Shown in pieces: positions 13,041-26,546 of a stretch of DNA of 64,000 bases. The DNA is from Podarcis melisellensis (Eukaryota), in NCBI GenBank assembly GCA_964234715.1, contig OZ174276.1, one strand, 5' to 3'. A program made the translations under genes and the position numbers. The stretch's first letter is position 1; each line of letters opens with the position of its first letter. The notes beneath the pieces were generated by a model, which worked only from the letters and a program-made list of their open reading frames with translations, did no database searches and was not told the origin of the DNA.

Positions 13041-14886
13041 CACAAGGGCTCCTCTCCACACAGCAGGGAAGAAAAGAAGGGGTACAGGGCCACCCCAAAT
13101 CATTTTGCTGCCTGAGGCAAAGAACAAATTGGTGCCACCTCCCTACCCCAATTCTGTGTACTGTAGTCAGCTGGGTCAGCAGAGGATTAAGTTCAACAGT
13201 GGCAATGAGAGAAGACATGGAGAAAGTGGCATGCAGCTGAGCAACAACTGCTGTCACAGGAAGACAGGGGCACAACCAAGGAGGGAGGCTACTGCGCCAT
13301 TAGCATCGACCACCTGAGGCCATCACCTCACTCTGTCTAATGGCAGAGCCAGTCCCAAGGGAGGAAAAGGTAAATCAGAAGGGACAAGATAAATGGGTTC
13401 CAAATGGGAGATATAGGAAAGAGGAGAGGGAATTATGAATTTCAAAGTGGGTTTGGGGATGGGGATACTGTGAGAGAGTTCTCAGATCAAAATAAGTCCC
13501 TGAGAATATGGGGGCAAGATGACACAATTGACAGAAGCAGCAAACAGGCCTTCTTAAGCAGGGCTTAGAGCTTTAGGCATGACAGCCAACAGCAGGAATT
13601 AGTGAAGGATGACCAAATGCAAAGGACACCAAGGGAGTTGAAGAAGGAATTTATTGGTATTATTAGCATTATAAAAAAATTAAGAGAAAAAAATCAGCTG
13701 CTGTTGGTTCAACATGGCAAGCGACACCCGCCTAAGTTTCATCTTTGGGAAAGCTATTAAAGATACAGAGCCACTTCCAAATATGCATGTGGTCACCCTT
13801 TAACAGCCTCTCTCAACTTTGGATCCCCAGATATTGGAATACAATTCCCATCATCCTAACTAGCAGGACTCAGGAATGATGGGAGCTGTAGGCCAATAGC
13901 AACTGGGGACCCAAGGTTGAGAAAGGCGGCCCTGTACTATATGTTGCACCCGTCAGTTGACATCTGAAGGTGCCATTGTTCCAAAGCAAAGGCAGCAAGG
14001 CTTGACAAGAGACTGATTTAAGTCAAACTTCAGAATCTCCTCTATATCAGTAGTGGCCCATGTCATGTCCTTTTCCACCAAGAGTTTTGTAGGTTTTCAA
14101 TTATTATCAGTAAAATTATAAACTGAATTGATATGAAGTACAGTAAACAGAATGAAATACAGTACTGACAAATTTCTAAGCAAAAAGTACCTTCAGAAAT
14201 TAGCATGCATGCTCAAAAACTGCTCTCTCTAAGAGCAGCTGGATTAATCATGCTTAACACTAACAGAGCTAGTTTATTTAAATCACAATTGACTGAAACC
14301 CCTAGGGCCTAATCAAGGGAGGTCAGGACAAATCTAACCAGTGTTAATCCATGTGTGACACACACACAGCATGCAAGAATTAAATGCCTTACAGAATAAT
14401 TTGAGCCTTGTGGCTTGGGAGAATGCACATAGCAGGAGGGCAGTGGAGGGAATACCATATGCTTGAGTGATAATGCAGAACACCAACAATGTGTATGCAC
14501 ACACAGCCTGCTGAGAACATATAGCCAGTTAAATCACAATTCACCATTAATTAGGATTGCCCCTTCGCTTTTTATTGGCCCTGTTTCTGTGCCTTTAACA
14601 GCAGCCCACCATTAAGTAAATGGACAGGTGAAACTTTTTATTTCCTCCACCACTGATCTCTATGCCAGGAAATGCTTCACCTGCTTATTTTCTTAGTGAA
14701 AGACACAGGAGCTGGACCTATTTTGCTTGCTTCAAAGGTAGCAATTCTACACTTAGGCTAGGTGTCTTTTTCTTTCTTTTCCTTTTTACAGGATACCAGG
14801 CCACTTTAAGGTGGAGACAAGCCAAAGGCACAAATGCAGGTTCCTACCATTGTGAAAAGCAGGCGCAAAGAGGGCAGGGCCCAATC

Positions 14887-14925
14887 AAAACCACAGGAGG
14901 ACCAAAAACCACAGGAGGACCAAAA
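14887..14925. repeat. Short exact tandem duplication (aaaaccacaggaggacc x2)
   Basis: Direct repeat visible in the sequence. Confidence 0.9.
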
Positions 14926-15023
14926 ACACTCAGGGGCTCCTGCCCTGGCTTTTTCCTTTTTTTACAATAAAACAAAACAAAACCTTGCATCATATCTTAT
15001 AACTACAACAAGAAAACACTATA

Positions 15024-15369
15024 CAGTGGTACTTCGGGTTAAGGACTTAATTCGTTCCAGAGGTTCGTTCTTAACCTGAAACTGTTCTTAACCTGAAGAC
15101 CACTTTAGCTAATGGGGCCTCCTGCTGCTGCTGCTGCATGATTTCTGTTCTCATCCTCGGGTTACAGACACTTCAGGTTACAGACTCCGCTAACCCAGAA
15201 ATAGTACCTCGGGTTAAGAACTTTGCTTCAGGTTGAGAACAGAAATCATGCAGCAGCGGTGCAGCAGCAGGAGGCCCCATTAGCTAAAGTGGTGCTTCAG
15301 GTTAAGAACAGTTTCAGGTTAAGAATGGACCTCTGGAACGAATTAAGTCCTTAACCCAAGGTACTACTG
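15024..15369. mobile_element. Fold-back (rearranged) family-B MITE
   Basis: TA TSD; the left ~134 bp is the reverse complement of the right ~139 bp. Confidence 0.9.
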
Positions 15370-17516
15370 TATGGTCAAACTATATGTGAATGCAGGAGAT
15401 GTGTGATCTTGACTTTTGGATTTTCTAATTTATATTAAAGAAGGTGGAGCAGGCTCCAGATTTGACCAGAACAGCAACACTGGAGGCGTAGACAGCGGCA
15501 CACAGAGGGCAGGGCAGGGCGTCAGCGGAGTGGGGTAGGGCACAATCCCATGGCCCGAGCCTGTTCCACTCCGGCGCCCTGCAGGCCCTAGCTACGCCTC
15601 TGGTTGTAGAGCACTAACCTTTTCTTCGCTGGCATTTCCCTCATTTAGGCACAAACTGTAATTAGGCTTTCAGAAGAAGGGCGGAAGCAGGGTGAACACG
15701 TGGGCAGGTGGGGTTGGGGTCTGGTGTTACTACATGTCCAATAGCTGCTTTGAAGGGAAGTGGTTTGCTCAAGAGAACAGGGGCGGGGTAGTGTGGCCAG
15801 TGCTCCTGCCAAATCAAATCCAGAACCCTTATGTGCCTAGCTTAAGGTTAATTTTTAAAACCCTGGGAGATTCAGTCATTGTGTCGTGTTTGGCTCTAAT
15901 ATGGCATGAGTACACCATGTCTTCACACTTTTCAGATAAATATTGGGGGGCAAGGAAATAAACCTCCACTCAGATTTGTTATCACCATCTGGTTATAAAT
16001 AGCCAACCTAAACTCCCTTTCCTGGATCCTAGACTGAGTGGCATAACCATCAACCCAAGAAGAACATTGAACTCCTACCAAACTACTTTAATAGCCCCTG
16101 TGTGTCCACAGGGAAAGCACTATCAAGCACATTGGCATTCAAACTGGGAAAGCTTGCAAGAAGAAAAGAGGAAGGCGCCGGAATTACATGAGCGCACCAA
16201 AAGTAGAAAAAGGCTTTTTGGAATACAAATAGCACACGATGAATTTAGGGGTGGGCTTGGAGTAAGACCCATCTATTCCCACCAAAAACATGGAATTGAT
16301 CTGCAGACAGTTTGATGAGTAATACTTTTGTAGATGCTATTAAAATGCCTGGCTCTCCCTCTCAGTATATCCCAAACACTGCTGTCCCTGGAACTAATTA
16401 CTTAGGAGCCAGGGTGGTGGTGGTGGTGATGGAATACTACATAGTCCCAACATATTTAGCAGTTGTTCTGTCACTTAAAGCCAGCACCGTTTCCTTAGCA
16501 ATATCTTCCTCCCACGGTTTCCTGTTCCTGCATGCTACACTAGACAGAGGCATTATGTACAGCAATATGAATATCAAAGTGCACACAGATTTGCAGTCAC
16601 TAATCTCATGCGTATTTTTAAATTTAAAAGGGGGGAAAAAACCAAAAGAAAGAAGCTGACATTTTGAGAAACTACAGATTCCTACGGGCTTTATAAACCT
16701 AGCCTACCCGCAAAAGGAGAACAGAACAAATGAAATTCTGGGCACAACACAGGGCCAAAATGTTCCACCCCATCCTGCCCCCATGTCTTTTCAACATGTT
16801 AACAGTTTCAACTGGGATGTCACCCTTTATGAAACTGTTGGAGCACCAAACAGATGTTGTAATTGCTGACACACTGCAATATCCCCCCCACATATAATAG
16901 CCTTAAGTTGTTGGCGTCAAGGTTCCTTCCAATGAACTTCAGCCGGGTCTGTCGCCTCCTCCAGCTGACAGGATTGTCAAAAGACAACAGTGAGATATAA
17001 ATCCTGACCACCTGGGGGAAAAAAACATTGTGTGGGCTTTTATACCCTACGTAAGTTATTTGCTAAATTTCGCACACACCGACTTTTCATCAAGTACCCT
17101 CCAGGCCTTCATTCCCTCATAATAACTCCCTTCCCACTCTCAATCTTTTTTTTCTAAATGCTTCCCTACCAGCAATAGCATTTAGATCAGGAAAGCAGGG
17201 GGGTGGGGTTGAACATTTAAAACATTCACATTACTCTGATTGAAAATGGAACCTTCCATGGCTGCTTTGAAGTACAACAGAAATAAGCTGTTCACAGATC
17301 TTCAGTGTCCCATCTGTTTAGCTCTTGAAATGTATTGTTGTACACACACCCAGGCAGTGAAAGACCAATGCTCAGAGTTCAGTTGCTTATCAGGGTTTCG
17401 TTTCCTTGGCATGAATGCCAATAAAGACTGTGGTGTCTTTAGGATAAATGGCTTTATCTACATATATCTACAACTTGAGGATATGATGGAAAGGCTCACA
17501 ACATTAATGCTTCAAC

Positions 17517-17643
17517 CAAGGGCATAGCCAGGATTTTTGTTAGGGGACAGGCTTTTGTTAGTGGGACCAGAACCTCAGATTTGTATTGGTTTTTATTGAT
17601 TTGTGGGGGCAGCTCCCCCCGCCCCTCTTTGGCTCCGCCCATG
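17517..17643. mobile_element. hAT MITE
   Basis: Imperfect TIRs caagggcatagcca / tggctccgcccatg; TSD GCTTCAAC / GCGTCAAC (7/8). Confidence 0.75.
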
Positions 17644-20600
17644 GCGTCAACAGAATTTGTTTCCCCATTAGGTTTCCAGGGAAGTTTCCCCACCCGCAAA
17701 GCCATAGTTTTGGGATTCAGCCCACAGAGAAAGTCAACCCTCCCTGTCGGCTTTCAGCTCCCAGTACCAGCCCAAACTCACCCACAAAGCTAGCCTCCCT
17801 AGCCAACTGTTTTCCTTCCTTGGATGACAAGGCATCCAAGCTAGGTGAGGGCTAGGTGGGAAAATGGCTACCCACTTCTAGGAGAGCACCGTCACTTAGA
17901 TGTCACTATGACAACATGGCCCACTCTTTGAGCCATGCTAAAACAGGGTGATTTGATGAGCAGCTAAGTAGCCGAGCAAAGGAACTGATCTGACCTTTTT
18001 AGCAGCTTCTTCTACAATATTCTAAACCTCACAGAGATCATATCCCAGGCCTGGAAAAGACCCACAGATATAATTCAAACTGAGCCCCTTCAATTCCTAT
18101 AAAACTTCACTGCATATGAACACAGAATTTCCATTTCAATAGAGCAGTCAATAACTACTGCTAGATTCATCCTCTATGGAAGGAGTGGGGGAAATGTGGC
18201 TCTCTAGAAGCTGCTGGACTACAACTCCCATCATCCCTGACCATTGACCATTGCTGGCTGGGGCTGATGTAAGTCCAACGACATCTCCCCACCCTGTGCA
18301 TTTGCTTTCATCTTGCATACAGCATATAAGAATTGCCTACCAGAGAACAAGCGTGGAAGCATTTGTAAAGCAGAAGAGAAGCTTGATGTTATGTAAGTGC
18401 ACATTTTATTTCAAGCCATCAGTGTGCTGCAAATAGGTCTAAAGATCAACAACTGGTCCTTGATAAGTCATCCACAAAATAACCCTGTAAAGATGTTGAT
18501 GGGAAAACTGAAGACACTCTTCACACCTTTGGACTTCTCCTAGGACTAATGCTACCTGGATCACACTGGCTCCAGACTTAAAAAACCTCACTTCTCTGCA
18601 AGCAACTCCCAGCAGGTGGGCTTTTCTTATGCAGAATGTATTGTGCTTAACATCCACTGACAAAAGCAAACAAGGTGCTGAATTATTTTGGTTGCTTAGA
18701 GAAATTATTTAAAGCCAAAGAGATTTTTTAAAAAACCCTTGAGGTTATGCTGTATATGAGTCTCTACTTTTTTCTCCTTCTTCCTGTTCAGTGTAGCAAA
18801 TCTCAAGTTTTGAAAAGATGAATAACTATTAAAAAAGACTCACAAAGACTGCCTCCTACACATTCCACTCAGGAATCTGAAGAGAACACTCTGACTCTCA
18901 TCAAAGTAAGACAGCACCATAGACGGTAGACACAAACACCCATTTCTCTTCCTGAACTTCTGCGCTGAGCCGAGGAAGGGAACACGTTCCAAAAGCAAAC
19001 ATGCTGGCAGGAGAAATTCACTCCCACTCCACCACATGCCACAAGTCAAAAGGCGACCTGCCTGCAGCTTAGGCATATATCTTGCCTTCAGGGGAAAGTA
19101 GTGCAAACGAATTCTGTCACCACACACAGCAGCTCCACACACTCCTGACTGGGTGCTGTAAGTCCCACAACAAAAGCTCTGTCCTAAATAATTCATCAAG
19201 TAGCTTATGATTCCCAAGTCATCTCCTATCGTGGCTAATCCTCAGGGCCACAGATAGTGGCATAGTGTGGGTTGCCAGCACCCAGGGGGGTGGGAGGTAA
19301 ACAGGAAGAACACACATGCACATCCAACTGGCTAATGGTGTCCACACCACCCAGGAGATTTCAGTCATAGAGATAATTAAAAAAGAGTCAATCCATTGTC
19401 TGGAGAGGTCACTTCCTGGTTCGCACAGAGAAGCCATTTTCAGTGGAGCCCAGTGATGGAAGCACACAGCTGTATTGAGGCAGCACCAGGTGTTGAAATT
19501 TTGCACCCCTAACAATTTTGCGCCGGGGCAAGTGCCCCTGTGCCCCACCCCACTGGCCAGAGACACTCTGCTTCAGCAGTGGAATTGTATTAGATGACTT
19601 CAGACCATTCTCTGGCCCAGTGTAATACTATCCTTGAAGAGAATGAGAGCTCCCATTTCGGTGCCCAAAATGACTTAGAGGTCTCATCTAGATCAGAACT
19701 GTTTCCCACTTGTATGGTGTCCTTCCAACTTTCTGGGCAGTAAATACATGGTGGCTCTAGCACAAGAGAGTTTTCTTATTAATGCCATCCTCTCTGGCCC
19801 ACATTTCTCCTCTACTAAGGATAATTAAATTAGCATTAGGGAAGCAGTTTTGAGAGACATGGCATGTTAAATACCTTTTCATTCATTCATAACAGTGATG
19901 GCAGCACTGACATCAGCATCACTAATTACTGCCAGCTTCTACAAAAAGCCAGCATCTCTTTTTTTTCTAGACCTCTAAATAATTGCTCAGCTAAGCCAGG
20001 ATATATTATGTGTTTGGTAACTAGTACACATTTTATACAGTGCTATGAATTTGCTGCTGACTTGGGAGTTCAAAGCAGAACCTTAACTTAGCAGTGTAGC
20101 ACTTCCAGTCTCCACACTGTCAATATAATTCGACTCTGCACATACAACTAAACAGCTCCCCCACCTCCAACTTCTTCAGAGCAGTTCTAGCTTTTCTTTT
20201 TCAAAACATTTACAACAGACCTAAAACAATAAAATAAAAACAAATAATGAAAGGCAAATAGGTAGCTAACAGCATGATCCTACCATTGCCTTATGGCCAC
20301 CTGGCGGGTAAGGATTGTAAACTCACCTAGGCCAGCAGAACACACCACTATGCCAATGGGAAATATTTTCTGTCTGCATCGTGAATGTAATTTTGTTGCT
20401 GGCTTTATGCTGTTCATCACCATGATATTTTCCCTTTAGGTTGGCAGTAAATATATTTTTAGCAAAATAAAATAAAAAAATTAAAGAACTGCAGCAGCAT
20501 CCTTGCATTGGTAAGATGCTACCACAGTGGAAGCCTTACAGCACCTTGCACAAACAGCAAAGACTCACAACTAAAGTGAGAAGTATTGCTGACCCTTCTC

Positions 20601-22132
20601 TCCTGAGAATACACACAAACACTCTGCCTCAGGACTCCAGATATAAAAAAACCAACCAGGACTGTCAATTCCATTGCTGCAATGAAGGTGGTAAAGACAG
20701 GCAAACATTAGTGAGGTGGAGGGGAGAGCCCACACCTCAAAACTGGACCATCCCCTCTCTTACCAGAGGCACCCTAAGGTGCTCAGAGAATTCAGGCTCC
20801 TTTGGCCCACTTCAAACCCAGATCTCCTTTTTCCAGCCACACTGCCCTTTCTCATGGAACCACCAGGAAGATCCTAGGGCTGAACCTTCTGAGTTTCTTG
20901 TTGTGCTTTCCACATAGCTCTCTCATTTGCAAAAGGTTTGCCCATCTCATCTGGATGCTAATGCCACTGTGATATTTGATTCCGATGATATTTGGGTGCT
21001 TGAACACAGGACTGCACCTAAGTTATGCTAACATTTTAGCACCAGCATAGCAGCCATCCGCTATAGGGGTCACCCAAAACAATTTTAGTCCCATGCTCGC
21101 TCACTTTAGATTAAGCTCACTGAGCTTTGAGGGGCTCTTACTTCTGAGTAAACACAGGATCAGGCTGCATATTGACATTTACAAAATGAAGACAACTGCT
21201 CATCAAAATACTTACTTGTGAAGGCCCACAGTGCTACATCACATCACATTGTTAGCTTTTTATTCAGTGCCGCTGTGCATAAACTTGGGTGATCTATCTG
21301 TAATGCATTATCACAAGAATATTGCTTTGCAGCTTAGGTTGCATTTTCTTCATTTTGTGGGTGGGAGAGAGATTTGAAAGCTAATCTGTACAGCTAGCTC
21401 TTAATAAATCACCAATTAATACAGTACAGCTAGATGTTGAGGCAATTAAACTTATGAATGCAGGCTGCCCTCTAGTGGTGGACACCTACCATTGCTGGAT
21501 AGCGGGTCTTAATTAACATAAGGTGGCTCAAAAGCGAAAGCTTTTCGTTCCTCAAGAATGATAGAAATACAGCCACTCTTGGCTCCCCACTGCATTGCAA
21601 AAACTTGGAATGCAAATGAAAGTGCATGAGAAAATGGTTGGTTTCTTGGGGCAGGCGAAGGAAGAGCACACAACAGATTGCAGTAGATGCTGTCCCCTGC
21701 TGGCATGCAGAGGAGAGATCTTTCTAGGTCATGACTAGTTTAGCCGCTTCGGTAGGAATGTAGACAGTATTGATGGGCACAAACCATGTAACTGGCATGG
21801 ACAGTGAGGGGTTTTCAGTGGAATCTGTGCAGAATGGCTGATGCCTGGAAGGCACAGATACATAATGGTCTATTACAATATCATGCAGTCGAGCATGCTC
21901 TGCTGGCATATTGCCTTGAGTAAATTACCAATTCCATGCATCTGCCAATACCAGCGGCCATCCTGTCCTGGCTAAAGGCTTTCCTTATGATGTACCAGCT
22001 CAAAATGGAGTGCAGGTGGCAAACAAGACCAGGAGAGAAATGGTGGAGAGGGAAGTTTTAGAGACAGAAGGTAAATATCACAGAGGCTTAGGAACCCTGG
22101 CCCAGTGGCCAGCTACTGCCTACCCTATTGTA

Positions 22133-22210
22133 CAGGGTGAGTCTTTTAAGAGGCCCCATGGAACATGTGTACTCTGTATCCATGGGGCCTCTTTTAAAGG
22201 ACTCACCCTG
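22133..22210. mobile_element. 78-bp mariner-type mini-MITE (nearly all TIR)
   Basis: TA|CAGGGTGAGTC..AGAGGCCCCATGGA...TCCATGGGGCCTCT..GACTCACCCTG|TA. Confidence 0.85.
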
Positions 22211-22448
22211 TACAAAAGAAAGGCCCAGGGGAGGGATGGGGAACCTGTGGTTCTCCAGATGTTGTTGGACAGCAATTTCCATAATCCCCATGCAGCCATG
22301 AGCTCCCCATCCCTAACACAGAAAATTTGAAGTATCCGAAATAAGCTGTTAAGAACTCTTAAGAGAAGGATAAGCTGTTCAGCTGAAGTGGCTATGCATT
22401 GCCTAAGCTTCTATTGGACACCCAGGAAAATTGTTAAAATTTCAAATA

Positions 22449-22669
22449 CAGTGGTACCTTGGGTTACATACGCTTCAGGTTACAGACGTTTCAGGTTACA
22501 GACTCCGCTAACCCAGAAATAGTACCTCGGGTTAAGAACTTTGCTTCAGGATGAGAACAGAAATCGTGCGGCGGCGGCGCGAGGCCCCATTAGCTAAAGT
22601 GGTGCTTCAGGTTAAGAACAGTTTCAGGTTAAGAATGGACCTCCGGAACGTTAACCCGAAGTACTACTG
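22449..22669 (+). mobile_element. Tc1/mariner-type MITE (family B)
   Basis: TA|CAGTGGTACC...GTACTACTG|TA; CpGs largely retained. Confidence 0.9.
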
Positions 22670-24689
22670 TAACTTAAAAGGTAACTGGCATTCTAGCTGA
22701 ATGGGCATGAGATAGAGCTTCTTTAGAAAAACACCAAAAGTGATCTTGGTTGTTGTTTTTTTAAAGAGAGAGTGAGTCATAGCCTGCCTATGTGTTTGCT
22801 ACTTTCTATAACAGTAGGCCTTTGTATTGCTGCATTAATCCCTTTCTCATCCAAAATCATTCCCATCGGAACATCCAGAATGTGGAATTTGCCTTCTGGG
22901 GGATGAATGTGCATCACCCCATGGTAGGACTCAGCCCTACATCAGTTTCCTCCCACTGCATTGCCCTTTCCCACAGGCCTCCTCCATGTACCACCATCAC
23001 AGCTTGTGCACTAGAAGGTACTGTGGTCTCTCTGCGGCTACCTAACTGGGCACTGGGCATACAAATTGTGGGTGTACTGAGTTGGGTGATGTTATGAGTT
23101 TGCTTGGCTATCATCAAGATGACCGGGGGGGGGGGCTCCCTTCCAACTCCATGATTCTATGATCAGCACCTTCCATGCAGGGCTGATGTTGGAATGTGAC
23201 TATATGAACAATATTGGTAGGAACTGGAGGAGTTGCCTAAGACAGTGTAAGTGTGTCTGTCATTGTTGCTATGTCAGCTTTTGTTTCTAAAGTCGTTGAT
23301 TCTGCTACAGGTTTAGCTAAAGCTTACCATTACATTTCACTGGCATAATACCCACTAGTACAGTGAGACTAAAGGATCATCGTGCCGGAAACTGACTATT
23401 AACCAAAACCTGCAAAGGTATTGACTAAATTGTCTTATTGAATTATACTGCAATCTACCAGTAAGTCTGACCTGGCAGAAACTATGAGCCAGGTGCATGA
23501 ACCCACAACTTTTGTAAGTCTTAACTTTCCTATTAACTATCACACAGAAATTCATGGCAGCCAACATATAATTGTCTCCAATAGTCAAGGTGCTGTATTT
23601 TGAGCTTTCTATATGAGGTATAAAGAATTGAATGAAAGACTGGGACTTGAGTTATTTAACTAACTCATGCAATAAGTTTCCATATAAAGTATTTCTCTTG
23701 CATTCATATAACAGACTTGGAGCATAATGCTATTCATTAGAAGCCCCCTTGTGCTCAGTGACCTTTCTCACAAGTAAGTGTGTTTAAAATTGCAGTGCTA
23801 GACAAGATAATCAGTACAGGATATCAGGTTTTATGAACCAACTTTTAGGCTTTTATTTATTAAAGCTCAAGCAAATTATAACTGCCATGGGGTATTATTT
23901 TCACCTTGCTTTTTAAAAAAGGAAAACAAGCTACACTTTACTAAGATAATGTATGCAAAACACCTGGAACATGCAGCTCTATACATGGCAATGAAGGTGG
24001 TGAGAATGGAGAAGTGCTGATCTCATTGCACTTTGGACATTGGGTTAAATATTTGAGAGAATAAGCTTTATCGTAAAGCAGGTTTTAGAAACAAAACTCA
24101 CCCTGGTAAGGCCCATCTAAGGACTAAATGCCATCTACATAACATGCCCAGAATCTTATGGTTTTTTGCAAGCCGTGTTGTTCTGCAAAAACGCAGGCTA
24201 AAATGACTGCATGGAAAACGTGGCATGCTAATAGAGATATGAAGTTAAATATTCATACTGATGAATAGCTATAGCAGCAGAGAAACCCTAAGGTTACAAC
24301 CACATTGGCAAGGATACAGCAACAATATTCCCGCACACCAAACACAAGTATGTTTACTTGGAAGTAAGTTCCATTGATTTCACCACTTTGCTGAATCTAA
24401 GCCACTTTTGTTAGTAGGCAAACGTTAACATCGGAACAGGATTAACCTTATCCTTCCCAAGGGAAAGGCACGCTGCATTCATAGTGCCCTCTACTGGTTT
24501 TACCTGGCACGGCCAAGCCTGGTTGACGATCTCATTGCCGCCCACTGCTTTTGTGAATGGCCACTGCGCTTCCTACCCTCTCTTGCACCCCATGGCCACG
24601 TGAGCCAGCTGTCTAAACGTTTCATTCACACGCCTCTCCACGGAATATCACGCTTCTATATGCGGCCCCCAAAAGCTTCAAGAACTGCG

Positions 24690-25750
24690 TGAGTTTTTGC
24701 GGTGCCACGACGAAGTTGAGCGCGAGACTGGCTCTCGCTTCCCTTACCCAGGGGAGCGGCGCCCGAGATCCAGCTGCTGCTGCTGAGGCAGATGCGCATC
24801 GCCACCTCTAGCGGGACAGACTCCGTATTGCCCATGGCGGTGCGGTTGTTCCCTTCGAGGGCAAGAAAGGAGAAGGCGCGGGCAGCGGCGGGCTGGGGGT
24901 CTCCTGCAAGCGGACTGGCCGGCGGCTCCGCAGGCCTTTGCTCTTCAGCAGTTGCAACTTCTCCCGCCGGAGCGCGCGTTCAAACCCGGCACGTGGGCGA
25001 GGGCGCCAGCCAATAGGTGGCGGCGCGGAGCACCTGCCAAATGGGCGGGCACGGGGCCCGGCGCTCCGGAGGGACGCCTCTGCCGAGGGAGGAGGATCGG
25101 GCTTCGTCGGTGCGCCGGCCTCGCCATTGGAGCGTTGCAGGGCGGCAAAAGGAATGAGGCTATGAACTGGCCTCTGGCGTCACACCTGGGCCTTAATTTA
25201 AAACAAAACAAAACACTCCACACACACACGAAGTCTTAAAGGGCCAGTGCCATAGACAGTACTCGTTCTTCGGCCCACGAGCCCCGCCGTTACCAAAACG
25301 TAAAGCAAGGACTGGGGCGCAGCGAGGGATGGGGCTCCGGGCTTCTTTGCCGCCTCTTTGGCGCGCGCGCGCCCTCTCGCTCCTTCCGGGTCTGCGTGGA
25401 GAACGCCTCGGGTCCCGGGAAGATGTTGAGGCGAAGGCACGCGCTCTTCTGCAAGGCGCCGTGGGGCTGACTGCGGGGCTCCCTCCGCAGCGGGCCGGGA
25501 TGGGGTGAAGAGCAGCGCCCCAGGCGAAAAGAGGGAGGAGAAGAGAAGCCTCCTGCAAACTGCCACTGTTTTGCAGGTGGGACTCACTCTGTGCAGGCAG
25601 ACTCGAACTGCGAAACTGAGCGTGCCTTGGTGTGGGGCTGCGTGCACGTGACCAGCTTAAAACGCAAGGTCGGGCCCCTCTCCCTCCCTTCCGTTCAGTT
25701 GGCAACAAGGTCACAGAGCTCCCCTTGGCTGCACCTCTGACGTCCGTGTG
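24690..25750. promoter_or_regulatory. CpG island / promoter of an unidentified gene
   Basis: Sharp rise in GC and CpG content; E-box CACGTG ~24990; CCAAT ~25010 (+) and ~25126 (-); GC box GGGCGG ~25043; (GC)n run ~25361; followed on the minus strand by a Kozak ATG and a GTAAG donor. Confidence 0.8.
24748..24835 (-). CDS. Candidate first coding exon of an unidentified gene (MGNTESVPLEVAMRICLSSSSWISGAAPL)
   Basis: ccgccATGG Kozak context, MGxxxS N-myristoylation pattern, 88 nt ending at G|GTAAGG. No homologue recognised. Confidence 0.4.
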
Positions 25751-26546
25751 TTAGGTGTGAAGTTACACGTTTAGGTTTCCCAAAATAGTATGTCTACAGT
25801 CACCACAAGAACATTGCAGGGGCCGGACCAGACTCCCCTTACATGCAGAGCCTGTTCGTATGAGGAATCCATGAAGGAAACTACAGATACTTGCGGACAA
25901 ATGCCTATTTATTGAATTTCTCTACGAATATTGTCCTACTTTGGCCGTGTGAATTATCACATTGTAGTCATGTCACTTTTGTTTCTATCAATAGCAATCG
26001 GAGCATTCTGATTTATGGTCTTTTCTTTATTAATTAATATGCGACTGCTATATCAATCCTACCGTGCAAGAGGATCCCCATTTCTTCTCGCTCTCCTTCG
26101 AAAATAAATATAACACGTCCTGTGGTTGTCTCTCTTGTTTCTCTTTTGTGCTGGCAGTGTAATGCGCGGTGTCATGGATGTGTATGTCTTACATTTACAA
26201 TCATTTGTAACCATTGCCATTTATGTTACTGCTTTTGAAACTCCAAGTGTTGTAGGATACTGGTTACAATGTGTTTTCGCAGGAGGGGAAAAAAAGTTTG
26301 CTGAAGGAATGTATCTCTCATCCTCTTCTCAAATGATACTGTAGTGTATGTAGCATTTAAATGAATCTTACTAAATAGCCTGATAAAGCAATGGAATGAT
26401 TGTGACGTCTGGTTGCTACTTATCTGTCTACTAATGTATTTCTTATCTTCTCCATTAGGAGCTAATATTATATTTATTTCTGGTACACTAGGAAAATATA
26501 ATGGCTGTAATCCTGGACAGACCTAGGCTCCAACTGGGGTTTAAGC

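Noticed and set aside
24748-24835. Assigning the exon to NEURL1B (MGNT...) or PPP3R1 (MGNEASYPLE...)
   Set aside because: Similarity is limited to a few N-terminal residues; no NHR, RING or EF-hand exons were found in the window.
24792-25714. Several 74-173 aa ORFs on both strands over the CpG island
   Set aside because: Arg/Ala/Pro/Gly-rich with mostly non-ATG starts; expected from GC-rich, stop-poor DNA; no recognisable domain.
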